Shown here: piece after piece, positions 7,658 through 15,198 of the stretch
Position numbering within the stretch: position 1 is the stretch's first letter
Layout of the letters: each line of letters starts with the position of its first letter
From: Trueperaceae bacterium
GTDB taxonomy: Bacteria; Deinococcota; Deinococci; Deinococcales; Trueperaceae
Reading direction: 5' to 3'
DNA length: 15,909 nucleotides
NCBI GenBank assembly: GCA_965213925.1
Contig: CBDCAM010000005.1
Span: 1 to 15,909, forward strand
Program-made: the position numbers and the translations under genes
Notes under the pieces: model-generated
Database searches by the model: none
The model's input: the letters and a program-made list of their open reading frames with translations, nothing else
Told to the model about the DNA's origin: nothing

Positions 7658-8074
7658 CTATAGCGCACAGCGTGACTGAACCGTAAGGAGGGGAGGTGGG
7701 CCCCCTTGCCCGTTCAAAATGACACGAAACAACTCCGGGTCACGCCCCACGACCTCGAAAATGATTAAGGCGGGGTGCGGCACGCCGCTGACCAAGTCCC
7801 GCCTCGAAAATTGCTTGACCTCTTCGAGGATGGTTTCAACCAGCGCGTCGAGCGAGCTGAGGAGCAGCGCGTCCTTGTCATCGTAGTGCAGGTAAAAGGT
7901 CGCCCTTGCAACATCCGCTCGCTCAGCGATTTCGGAGACGCTGATGCTCTCGTAAGGTTTCTCTAATATCAGTTCCATCAGCGCCTCAAAGAGCCGCTTC
8001 TGCGAACGCCGGGTGCGCCTGTCCGGTTTCTTCTCTGAAGAATCGGAGGTGGAATTAGACCCGAAATTAGACAT
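7658..8074 (-). CDS. TetR/AcrR family regulator, C-terminally truncated (probable pseudogene)
   Basis: DRRTRRSQKRL...ISVSEIAERADVARATFYLHYDDKDALL HTH. Only 138 aa from ATG 8074. After FRVILNGQGG the sequence turns into a non-homologous-looking tail (PPPLLTVQSRCAL*). Confidence 0.8.
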   Translation of the reverse strand: MSNFGSNSTSDSSEKKPDRRTRRSQKRLFEALMELILEKPYESISVSEIAERADVARATFYLHYDDKDALLLSSLDALVETILEEVKQFSRRDLVSGVPHPALIIFEVVGRDPELFRVILNGQGGPPPLLTVQSRCAL

Positions 8075-8175
8075 TTTTTCCCTTCTGTCCAAAACTGAAC
8101 ATATCGCCCTATCTGTACTTGACGTTCCTTCCGCCGAAGCTCTAACTTAACATATGTCTTTTAATAGACAAATGT
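8070..8175 (+). promoter_or_regulatory. Divergent promoter/operators between TetR and FAD monooxygenase
   Basis: TTGACG (8119-8124) - 18 nt - TAACTT (8143-8148). Near-palindrome ACATATGTCT-N6-AGACAAATGT (8150-8175). Two ACA-N12-TGT motifs (8070-8089, 8098-8117). SD AGGAGG follows, before ATG 8192. Confidence 0.65.
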
Positions 8176-8191
8176 CAAAGGAGGTAGAACG

Positions 8192-9862
8192 ATGACCACA
8201 AGGAGCCGAACCGACACGCAGGTGAACACGACCGACGTCCTCATCGTCGGCGCAGGTCCGACCGGCCTCACCGCCGCGACGCTCTTGGCGCGTTACGGCG
8301 TGGACTTTCGCATCGTCGATAAAAACGCGACTGCCGCGAAAAAGTCCAAAGCGCTCGGCGTCCAGGCGCGTACGTTGGAGCTGTGGGACAAGTTGGGCAT
8401 GGCTGAAGGCGCAGTGGCGCGCGGACAACCGCTCAGAGCCCTGAATCTCATTACCGAAGGCACCATCGGCAAAGGCGGCAAGCCGTTCATGTCGTTGGGG
8501 CAGGACGGGAAGGACATTTCGCCTTACCCATACCTGCTGATTCACGAGCAGTACAAAACCGAGAAGATGCTCTTGGATGAGTTGGCGACCCAAACGGGGC
8601 CGAAAGGTGCCTACGGTGCCGAGCGCAACACCGAAATCGTGAGCTTAGCGGCTGACTCGAACAGCGTCACCGTGGTCTTACGTCACGAAGACGACCAGCA
8701 GGAGACGGTGCGCGCCCGCTACCTCATCGCGGCGGACGGGGCGAGCAGCTTTGTGCGGAAAACGCTGGGTTTGGAGTTCGACGGCGCGACCTACGCCGAT
8801 CCCCTATTCGTCGCCGACGTGGATATGACTTGGCCCTTGGACCGCGATAAATTTTACGCCCAGGTGCCGCGCCAGGGGATGCTCACCTTCTTCCCGATGC
8901 GCGGCGACGGCTACTCGGGCAGCCGGTACCGCATCATCGGGCGAATCCCCAAAGCCTGGGAAGACAAAGAACTTACCGGGGACGACGTGCAGAGCTTGCT
9001 GAACGAGCACAGCGTCGTGAAGGCCAAGATCAACAGCGCGGGCTGGGTCTCCAAGTATAAAATTCACCGCCGCATGACCAAAGAGTTTCGCGTTGGCCGC
9101 ATCTTTTTAGCGGGTGACGCGGCGCACATCCACAGTCCGGCGGGCGGCCAGGGGATGAACACGGGCATCCAGGACGCTTGGAACCTCGCCTGGAAGCTCG
9201 CGCTCGTGGTGAAAGGTCAGGCGGACGAGAGGTTGCTAGGGAGCTACGAGCCCGAGCGCCTGCCCGTCGCCAAGGCGGTGCTGAACGGCTCGGACAAGGG
9301 TTTCTCCTTTATCGGTTCGCCCAACTATGTGTTCCACCTCTTGCGCAGCGCCATCTTGCCGCGTTTGACCGACCTCACCTCGAACGAGCGCGTGGGCAGG
9401 TTCGTCTTCAAGTTCATCTCGCAGACCTGGATCGGCTACCGCAAGAGCCCAGCGGTGGACGGCGACAGGGACGCGAAGCGTGCGCAGCCGGGCGACCGTG
9501 CGCCTTACGGACACTTCACCTCGGGGGAGAGCATCTTCAACCTTTTACGGGGCGTAGATCATCACTTGCTGCTCTTCGTCAACCGGGGAACTGACGTGGA
9601 AGCGGAGCGCGCGAGGGCTGAGGCGACGCTGAGCCGCTACGGTATCAACACCCAGGTACACGTCATCGGCGCGTCTGAGCACGTTCTACGCGGCGCTTAC
9701 GGGGTGAGCGAAACCACCGCGTTCTTCATCCGTCCCGACGGGCACATCGCATGGCGCGGTGCGGCGAGCTTAGAACGTTTACGGACGTACTTAGACACCT
9801 TTTATACGCAGCGCAAAGCGGAACAGATCACGGAGCCAACCTCTCAGAGCGTCCCTGTTTAA
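8192..9862 (+). CDS. FAD-dependent monooxygenase (PheA/TfdB/PcpB/aromatic-ring hydroxylase class)
   Basis: GAGPTGL, AADGASS and FLAGDAAHIHSPAGGQGMNTGIQDAWNLAWKL motifs. C-terminal thioredoxin-like domain (PGDRAP...FIRPDGHIAWRG). Confidence 0.93.
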   Translation: MTTRSRTDTQVNTTDVLIVGAGPTGLTAATLLARYGVDFRIVDKNATAAKKSKALGVQARTLELWDKLGMAEGAVARGQPLRALNLITEGTIGKGGKPFMSLGQDGKDISPYPYLLIHEQYKTEKMLLDELATQTGPKGAYGAERNTEIVSLAADSNSVTVVLRHEDDQQETVRARYLIAADGASSFVRKTLGLEFDGATYADPLFVADVDMTWPLDRDKFYAQVPRQGMLTFFPMRGDGYSGSRYRIIGRIPKAWEDKELTGDDVQSLLNEHSVVKAKINSAGWVSKYKIHRRMTKEFRVGRIFLAGDAAHIHSPAGGQGMNTGIQDAWNLAWKLALVVKGQADERLLGSYEPERLPVAKAVLNGSDKGFSFIGSPNYVFHLLRSAILPRLTDLTSNERVGRFVFKFISQTWIGYRKSPAVDGDRDAKRAQPGDRAPYGHFTSGESIFNLLRGVDHHLLLFVNRGTDVEAERARAEATLSRYGINTQVHVIGASEHVLRGAYGVSETTAFFIRPDGHIAWRGAASLERLRTYLDTFYTQRKAEQITEPTSQSVPV

Positions 9863-9895
9863 GGGTCGCATCAAACCCCGAGAAAGGAACACCCT

Positions 9896-10381
9896 ATGAA
9901 CGCCCTTACGCCCTCCCTCATCGTCGCCATCTTCTCTTTCGGAACCGCCATCTTCTACGCTCTCTCCTGTATCGAATGGTCCACACTGAGGCTGGCGCTG
10001 AATCAGCACACGCAAACGGTGAAAAACGCGGACGTACGCTTCGTTCACGCAGCCTTAAAGCGCCTCATCCCCCTCTTGCCGCCCTCGAACGGGTTCGTCA
10101 TCCTCTTCGGAACCGCAGCGCTGATCTACCAGTGTTTCCTGCGCGGTTGGGACGGGCCGTCTATCCTCATCCTCACCTTTTACTGGCTCGTTACGGGCTA
10201 CCTGATCACCTTCGGGCGGATCGCGGCGGCGGTCATGGACGTGCGGAAGACGGACAGCCAGGGCGACATTGGGGACGTCAGACGCGGCGTCAGCCGCCTG
10301 ATCGTGCGGCATCACATCGGCTTGTCGGCGAACTTGGGCGTGGTGGGGCTCGAGTTCGCGCTGGTGTCGGGCTGGTTGTGA
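9896..10381 (+). CDS. Multi-TM membrane protein, possibly DUF1772/anthrone-oxygenase-like
   Basis: 161 aa with about four hydrophobic segments. SD AAGGA upstream. Directly downstream of the monooxygenase. The family call is tentative. Confidence 0.65.
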   Translation: MNALTPSLIVAIFSFGTAIFYALSCIEWSTLRLALNQHTQTVKNADVRFVHAALKRLIPLLPPSNGFVILFGTAALIYQCFLRGWDGPSILILTFYWLVTGYLITFGRIAAAVMDVRKTDSQGDIGDVRRGVSRLIVRHHIGLSANLGVVGLEFALVSGWL

Positions 10382-10692
10382 CCTTTTGCCTAAAAGTACG
10401 CGGCGGCAAACAGCGGCGTATGGGTCTCATAGAACTGCGCAGCTTGACATAGATATTTAAGTTTGCTTCCTAAGCTTGCTTTAGGTTTGATACGGCAAGA
10501 CGGAAACTGTACTCCGAAGACTCGAGCCCGAAGAGGAGACACCCACGTCAGAGCGTCTTGTCAGAATGCTGCTTAGTAGTGGCGACGAACTGACCTGAAC
10601 ATCATATCGAGTGAAGAGGCTCGGGCGCTCACCGCTCACGTGCGTACCGACATTCGCTCAACCCAGATTGACTTCTTGAAAGGAGCCCCTAA

Positions 10693-11064
10693 ATGACTAT
10701 CCTTCTCTGGACCTTACAGATCGCCTTAGGTGTCCTCTTCGCCCTTCACGGCGCAGCGCTTCTGGTCTCACCGCCACCCTTGCAAGAGACGCTCGAGTCG
10801 CTCCCGTACCCCAAACCCTTCTTGCAGTTCATCGGTCTGTGCGAGCTTTTAGGCGGCTTAGGGCTCATCTTGCCCTGGTGGTTGGGAATCGCGCCTACCC
10901 TAACACCTCTCGCCGCAGCGGGACTCGCGATCATTATGCTGGGCGCGGTCTTCACGCACCTACAGGCGGGCGAAACGCCACAAGTCGTGCTGCTCAGCAC
11001 CCTCGCGGTGCTCCTTGTGGTGGTGACGGTAGCGCGTTGGGGTGGGCCAGCGTTAGCGAGCTAA
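10693..11064 (+). CDS. DoxX family membrane protein
   Basis: LWTLQIALGVLF, FIGLCELLGGLGLILP and LTPLAAAGLAIIMLGAVFTH motifs. SD AAGGAG upstream. Confidence 0.9.
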   Translation: MTILLWTLQIALGVLFALHGAALLVSPPPLQETLESLPYPKPFLQFIGLCELLGGLGLILPWWLGIAPTLTPLAAAGLAIIMLGAVFTHLQAGETPQVVLLSTLAVLLVVVTVARWGGPALAS

Positions 11065-11208
11065 TCAGCTAAGAGGCGCACCGAGTGAGCGGCCTGGAGC
11101 ATTCAAGCGCTACCTTGCGGAGGACCATCTCTAAAAACGTATGTTTAGCGGCGGTCTTGCTCAAAGCGGAATTTTATGCGCCAAACCAGGCCGAGGCTTG
11201 CGGAGGCC

Positions 11209-11240
11209 TTGTGCGACAGACGCGCGCGTCTGTCGCACAA
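11209..11240. terminator. Perfect 32-bp palindrome between convergent genes (bidirectional hairpin)
   Basis: TTGTGCGACAGACGCG|CGCGTCTGTCGCACAA, between the doxX stop (11064) and the tetR stop (11289). No clear U-tract, so the terminator role is inferred. Confidence 0.5.
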
Positions 11241-11288
11241 AGCTTATGCGACCTTCGGCCCGGTTCGTCACATAGCCAGCGTCTAAGC

Positions 11289-11879
11289 TTAAGTCTGTGT
11301 AGAAACAATCAAATCAATCGTCACCTTGGCAAAGTTTTCATCCAAGGGCGCGTGCTCGAGCAACATCCGGTACCAGGCCGCGCCCAACATCACGTCGATA
11401 AGCGCGTCGCTGTCTTTGCTGGCCCTAAGTTCACCGCGCGCTTTTGCACGCTCCAGCACGCGTCGCAGCGGTGCTCGCCAGTAGCTGTGCAACTCCCTGT
11501 ACGTCGCTAAAAAGTCCTCGTCCAACTGCGCTTCGGCCATCAGCGTTTTATTGGCAAGCGCCGTTCCTTTGCCGAAGTCTTTGTTCAACTCGAACACGGG
11601 TAAAAGGATAGCTTCGAGGTCGCCCCTAAGCGTACCCGTATCAGGCTCGGGTACCCGCACGTCGCTCGCCGACATATAAGCCTCCATGACCAGCTCTGCC
11701 AGAGAGTTCCACCAGCGGTAGATGGTCTGTTTGCCTACGCCCGCTTCGGCAGCAATGCCTTCAATCGTTAGATTTTTGTAGCCACCCGCCTCGAGCAGCT
11801 TAACAGTGGCGTCGAGAATTGCCTCGTGCGACTTGGCACTGCGGCGTCTTGCATCGGGTTCGGGGCTCTGCTCTGTCAT
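11289..11879 (-). CDS. TetR/AcrR family regulator (TetR_C_11-type C-terminus)
   Basis: RRSAKSHEAILDAT...LTIEGIAAEAGVGKQTIYRWW, PDTGTLRGDL and RAKARGELR motifs. The real start is probably ATG 11879 (196 aa), not 11993. Confidence 0.92.
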   Translation of the reverse strand: MTEQSPEPDARRRSAKSHEAILDATVKLLEAGGYKNLTIEGIAAEAGVGKQTIYRWWNSLAELVMEAYMSASDVRVPEPDTGTLRGDLEAILLPVFELNKDFGKGTALANKTLMAEAQLDEDFLATYRELHSYWRAPLRRVLERAKARGELRASKDSDALIDVMLGAAWYRMLLEHAPLDENFAKVTIDLIVSTQT

Positions 11880-11894
11880 ATCTAAATATACCTC

Positions 11895-11960
11895 TTGACA
11901 AGACGCAGTGTCTCGTCTATGCTTGTCCCATCTAGCGAGACGCTGCGTCTCGCTAGATGG
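11895..11960 (+). promoter_or_regulatory. Sigma70 promoter with two TetR operators
   Basis: TTGACA (11895-11900) - 17 nt - TATGCT (11918-11923). Operator 1 is GACAAGACGC-A-GTGTCTCGTC (11897-11917). Operator 2 is the perfect 33-bp CCATCTAGCGAGACGC-T-GCGTCTCGCTAGATGG (11928-11960), with the same core. Confidence 0.85.
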
Positions 11961-11970
11961 AGGAGGAAGA

Positions 11971-12033
11971 ATGTTTGACCAAGTTGCTCTCATTACAGGT
12001 ATAAGCCGAAGACACTTTTTAGGAGGACGATGA
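11971..12033 (+). pseudogene. 20-aa SDR N-terminal remnant (MFDQVALITGISRRHFLGGR)
   Basis: SD AGGAGG (11961-11966) and ATG 11971. VALITGISR resembles an SDR beta1/TG motif and the downstream VALVTGASH. The stop overlaps ATG 12030. Confidence 0.6.
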
Positions 12034-12035
12034 TA

Positions 12036-14030
12036 ATGGATGCTCTAAGCAGGTCCACACACAAGCGACTCGGTGTTTTTGGGGTCGTATTAGCAGCCTT
12101 AGTCCTTAGCGGGGCGGCGTTCGTAAAAGCGCAAGGGGGTACGGCTCAACCCTTTGAGATTAATGTCTCCGACGAGGTGCTGAGCGCCCTTCAGCAACGC
12201 CTAGCCGAGACCCGCTGGCCCGATGAGGTTGAAGGCGCAGGTTGGACTTACGGCACAAACTTAGCCTATCTTCAAGAGCTTGTTTCGTACTGGCAGGACG
12301 GGTTCGACTGGCGTGCTCAGGAGGTGCGCATCAACGCCTTCAACAACTTCATGGCCGACGTTGACGGAACGAACATCCACTTCATCCATGAACTCGGTGA
12401 GGGTGAGAATGCTCTGCCCGTGCTCGTCCTGCACGGCTGGCCGAGTTCGTTTGTGCAGATGCTCGACCTCATCCCGCTCCTCACGACGCCTGACGAAGGC
12501 GGTTTATCCTTCGACGTGGTGGTGCCCTCGCTCGTGGGCTATGGGTTCTCGGAGATTCCTAACGAACCCGGCATGAGCGTCGCCAAAATGGCCGAGCTGT
12601 TCCACAAACTCATGACCGAAACCCTGGGTTATGAGCAGTACGCCGTGCGAGGTAGCGACTTGGGCGCGGGTGTCATCCAACAAATGGCGCTGCTCTACCC
12701 GGACGAGATTATCGGCGTCCACTTGTCGGGCACGAACCCCTTTGTAGCGGAAGTGCCCGACGATTTGACCGAAGCCGAGCAGGAGTTCGTCGGGAACGCG
12801 CAGGCCTGGTACGCCCAGGAGATGGCGTACGCGATGGAGCAAAGTTCCTATCCGCAGACCTTGGCCTACGGTTTGAACGATTCTCCCGCGGGACTCGCCT
12901 CGTGGATTATCGAGAAGTTCCGTGCCTGGAGCGACAACGATGGAGACTTAGAAAGCGCGTTTACTAAAGACGAGTTGCTGACCAATCTAACCATCTACTG
13001 GGCAACTCAAACTATCAACCCGTCCATGCGCCTGTACTACGAGACGGCTCGAGACCCCGGACAATTCGGGCGGGTTGAAGTGCCCACCGGAATGCTCATG
13101 ACCGACAAGGACATGTTCCCGACACCCCGTGAGTGGGCCGAGCGCTCCTACAACGTCGTCCACTGGACCCGGATTAGCGTAGGCGGGCATTTCCTCGAGT
13201 GGGAAGAGCCTGAACTCGTTGCAGAGGACATGCGGGCGTTCTTTATATCGCTACAGCCATACCCCCCATCTTCTTGGAAAGACTTCACATTTCAACGAAA
13301 GGAGCATGACATGGCAGACGTTGCCTTAGTGACAGGCGCAAGCCACGGGATTGGCTTTGAGGTGGTTCGTCAACTTGCCCAAAAAGGGATGACGGTCATC
13401 CTCAGCGCTCGAGGCGAGGACAAAGGACGGGCGGCGGCTCAAAAGCTAGCAGGCGAAGGGCTCGAGGTAAGTTTTCTTCCCCTTGACGTTTCCGACGCAA
13501 AGAGCGTGAAAGAAGCGACTCACAAGGTCGAACGCGAGCACGGCAAGCTCGATGTGTTAATCAACAACGCCGCCGCCTATGCGGACTGGTCGGAAACGGC
13601 GAGCGGCGCAGACCTGGAGCATTCGCGGGAGGTGATGAACACCAACCTCTTCGGTCCTTGGCGCACCGTTCAGGCGTTTTTGCCGCTTCTCAAAAGGAGC
13701 GACCACGCGCGCATCGTGAACGTCGCAAGTGGTGCGGGTTCGCATGGGGAAACGCAGTTTGGCCTTGCCACAGGACCGACCACCGCCAGCTACGGCGTCT
13801 CCAAAGCCGCCCTCAACGCGCTTACCGTGAAGTTCGCGGTTGAACTCAAAGAAGCGGGTATTCTAGTGAACTCGGTAGACCCTGGCTTGACTGCGACCGC
13901 ACCCGGCATGGAAGAGATGGGCGCGCGGCCGGTGCCTGAAGGTGCGGCGAGCGTGGTGTGGGCGGCGATGCTGGAAAAGGGCGGGCCCACAGGCGGCTTC
14001 TACAGAGACGGTGAGCCGCTACCCTGGTAG
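12036..14030 (+). CDS. Signal peptide + epoxide hydrolase (EHN + alpha/beta hydrolase) fused in frame to an SDR oxidoreductase
   Basis: PFEINVSDEVLSALQQRLAETRWP, FDWRAQE, HGWP oxyanion motif, GSDLGA nucleophile and GGHF His, followed by the SDR from 13311. ATG 12036 is better spaced from SD AGGAGG (12021-12026) than ATG 12030. Confidence 0.85.
   Translation: MDALSRSTHKRLGVFGVVLAALVLSGAAFVKAQGGTAQPFEINVSDEVLSALQQRLAETRWPDEVEGAGWTYGTNLAYLQELVSYWQDGFDWRAQEVRINAFNNFMADVDGTNIHFIHELGEGENALPVLVLHGWPSSFVQMLDLIPLLTTPDEGGLSFDVVVPSLVGYGFSEIPNEPGMSVAKMAELFHKLMTETLGYEQYAVRGSDLGAGVIQQMALLYPDEIIGVHLSGTNPFVAEVPDDLTEAEQEFVGNAQAWYAQEMAYAMEQSSYPQTLAYGLNDSPAGLASWIIEKFRAWSDNDGDLESAFTKDELLTNLTIYWATQTINPSMRLYYETARDPGQFGRVEVPTGMLMTDKDMFPTPREWAERSYNVVHWTRISVGGHFLEWEEPELVAEDMRAFFISLQPYPPSSWKDFTFQRKEHDMADVALVTGASHGIGFEVVRQLAQKGMTVILSARGEDKGRAAAQKLAGEGLEVSFLPLDVSDAKSVKEATHKVEREHGKLDVLINNAAAYADWSETASGADLEHSREVMNTNLFGPWRTVQAFLPLLKRSDHARIVNVASGAGSHGETQFGLATGPTTASYGVSKAALNALTVKFAVELKEAGILVNSVDPGLTATAPGMEEMGARPVPEGAASVVWAAMLEKGGPTGGFYRDGEPLPW
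13311..14030 (+). CDS. SDR family NAD(P)-dependent oxidoreductase (carbonyl-reductase-like), with its own start inside the fusion
   Basis: SD AAGGAG 6-7 nt before ATG 13311. Motifs TGASHGIG, NNAA, catalytic YGVSK and GPTGGFYRDGEPLPW. Confidence 0.8.
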   Translation: MADVALVTGASHGIGFEVVRQLAQKGMTVILSARGEDKGRAAAQKLAGEGLEVSFLPLDVSDAKSVKEATHKVEREHGKLDVLINNAAAYADWSETASGADLEHSREVMNTNLFGPWRTVQAFLPLLKRSDHARIVNVASGAGSHGETQFGLATGPTTASYGVSKAALNALTVKFAVELKEAGILVNSVDPGLTATAPGMEEMGARPVPEGAASVVWAAMLEKGGPTGGFYRDGEPLPW

Positions 14031-14054
14031 GTGTGAGCAGGGTTGGAGAGTAGG

Positions 14055-14693
14055 ATGACCAAGCAAAAGAAAACTCGGGTTCACCCCAAAATGCGCGCCG
14101 AGTGGCGCGATTGGCTCGAGAAGAACCACGGCACTTCAGACGGCGCTTGGCTCGTGTCTTACAAGAAAGACACGGGCAAGCCCGTTGTCAGCTACGAAGA
14201 CAGCGTCAAAGAAGCGCTCTGCTTCGGCTGGGTAGACAGTCGGCCCAACAAGCTTGATGATGAGCGTTTCGAGCGGCGCTTTTCGCCGCGGGACCCTAAA
14301 GCCCCCTGGTCGAAGCTGAACAAGACCTACGTTGAGGCGCTGAAGAAAAAGGGCTTGATGACCGAGGCGGGGCTGGCCGTCATCGAGAAGTCCAAAGAGA
14401 ACGGTGCCTGGACGATTTACGACAGTGTAGAAAGGCTCGAGGTGCCGGACGACCTGCAAGCGGCGCTCGGCGCAAACAGAAAGGCCAAGGAAACCTTTGA
14501 CGCCTTTCCAGACTCCTCCAAAAAGAACATCCTGTGGTGGCTTAAAAGCGCAAAGAGTGACGCGACGCGGCGGAAGAGAATAGACAAGACGGTGAGCATG
14601 GCGGCGGAAGGTAAACGGGCGAACCACTACCGGCAGACCTGGACGGAACGATATTACAGCCTTGTGGGGCGGTTGCGCGCGTTCATCGCATAA
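14055..14693 (+). CDS. YdeI/OmpD-associated (bacteriocin-protection) family protein
   Basis: EWRDWLEKNH, EALCFGWVDS, FSPR...WSKLNK, VPDDL and SAKSDATRRKRI motifs. ATG 14055 follows GGAGAGTAGG. Confidence 0.9.
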   Translation: MTKQKKTRVHPKMRAEWRDWLEKNHGTSDGAWLVSYKKDTGKPVVSYEDSVKEALCFGWVDSRPNKLDDERFERRFSPRDPKAPWSKLNKTYVEALKKKGLMTEAGLAVIEKSKENGAWTIYDSVERLEVPDDLQAALGANRKAKETFDAFPDSSKKNILWWLKSAKSDATRRKRIDKTVSMAAEGKRANHYRQTWTERYYSLVGRLRAFIA

Positions 14694-14771
14694 CCTTTGT
14701 TGTCGCCACCTCTTTCCGGCCTCCACCAAAAGCTTGAGGACGCAAGGTGCAGCCTGAGCTAAGCTTAGGAC

Positions 14772-15093
14772 GTGCGTCTCGCTCCGCTCGCTCTAGGTCT
14801 GGCCGTGCTCACGGCCTCCCTGGGTGCTGTGGATTTACCTACCAGCACCCACCCTAGAACTCTGGTACCGCGCCGCTCGAGCCGAGGGTGTTCACCTCTC
14901 CTTGTCGGCCTACCTATACGGACTCACCGCACCCGCCGCGTACTCCTCTCGCACAGAGACCTACGTGGTGGTTGGTGGTCAGACACTTCAACTCAACCTG
15001 TGGGAACCCGCTCAAGCCTTCGTCAGCCCCCGCCCCACCGTACACTGGCACATGGACCCCCCTCACCCGGACTGCGGTGTGTGCGTTAACTGA
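14772..15093 (+). pseudogene. Small membrane/exported protein with C-terminal His/CxxC tail, apparently frameshifted near 14818-14820
   Basis: TAAGCT (14760-14765) - 6 nt - GTG 14772 gives MRLAPLALGLAVLTAS. Removing one C joins it to WVLWIYLPAP...HWHMDPPHPDCGVCVN* (ORF 14824..15093). Confidence 0.4.
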
Positions 15094-15198
15094 CACTTAT
15101 GGAGTACCATACTGAACAGATAAAGCGTAAGAGGTTGACCTAAACATGGTGGCTTACCTCTTCCACATTAAAGGGGGCGCGTTGCACAGGAGCCTTTC

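Noticed and set aside
9751..10452. Long alternative-frame and antisense ORFs (also 2854..3477, 8147..8593, 11085..11510, 14136..14729 and others)
   Set aside because: Shadow ORFs of well-supported genes in GC-rich DNA, with no recognisable motifs.
10444..10476. TTGACA and TAAGCT as a sigma70 promoter for doxX
   Set aside because: The spacer is 21 nt, too long for a canonical pair.
10490..10545. AACTGTA ... GAGCCCGAAGA resembling cobalamin riboswitch fragments
   Set aside because: The 5' core motifs are missing and the downstream gene (doxX) has no B12 link.
11880..11993. N-terminal extension of the TetR in the ORF track (start 11993)
   Set aside because: It runs through the promoter/operator palindromes; ATG 11879 gives a normal-length protein.
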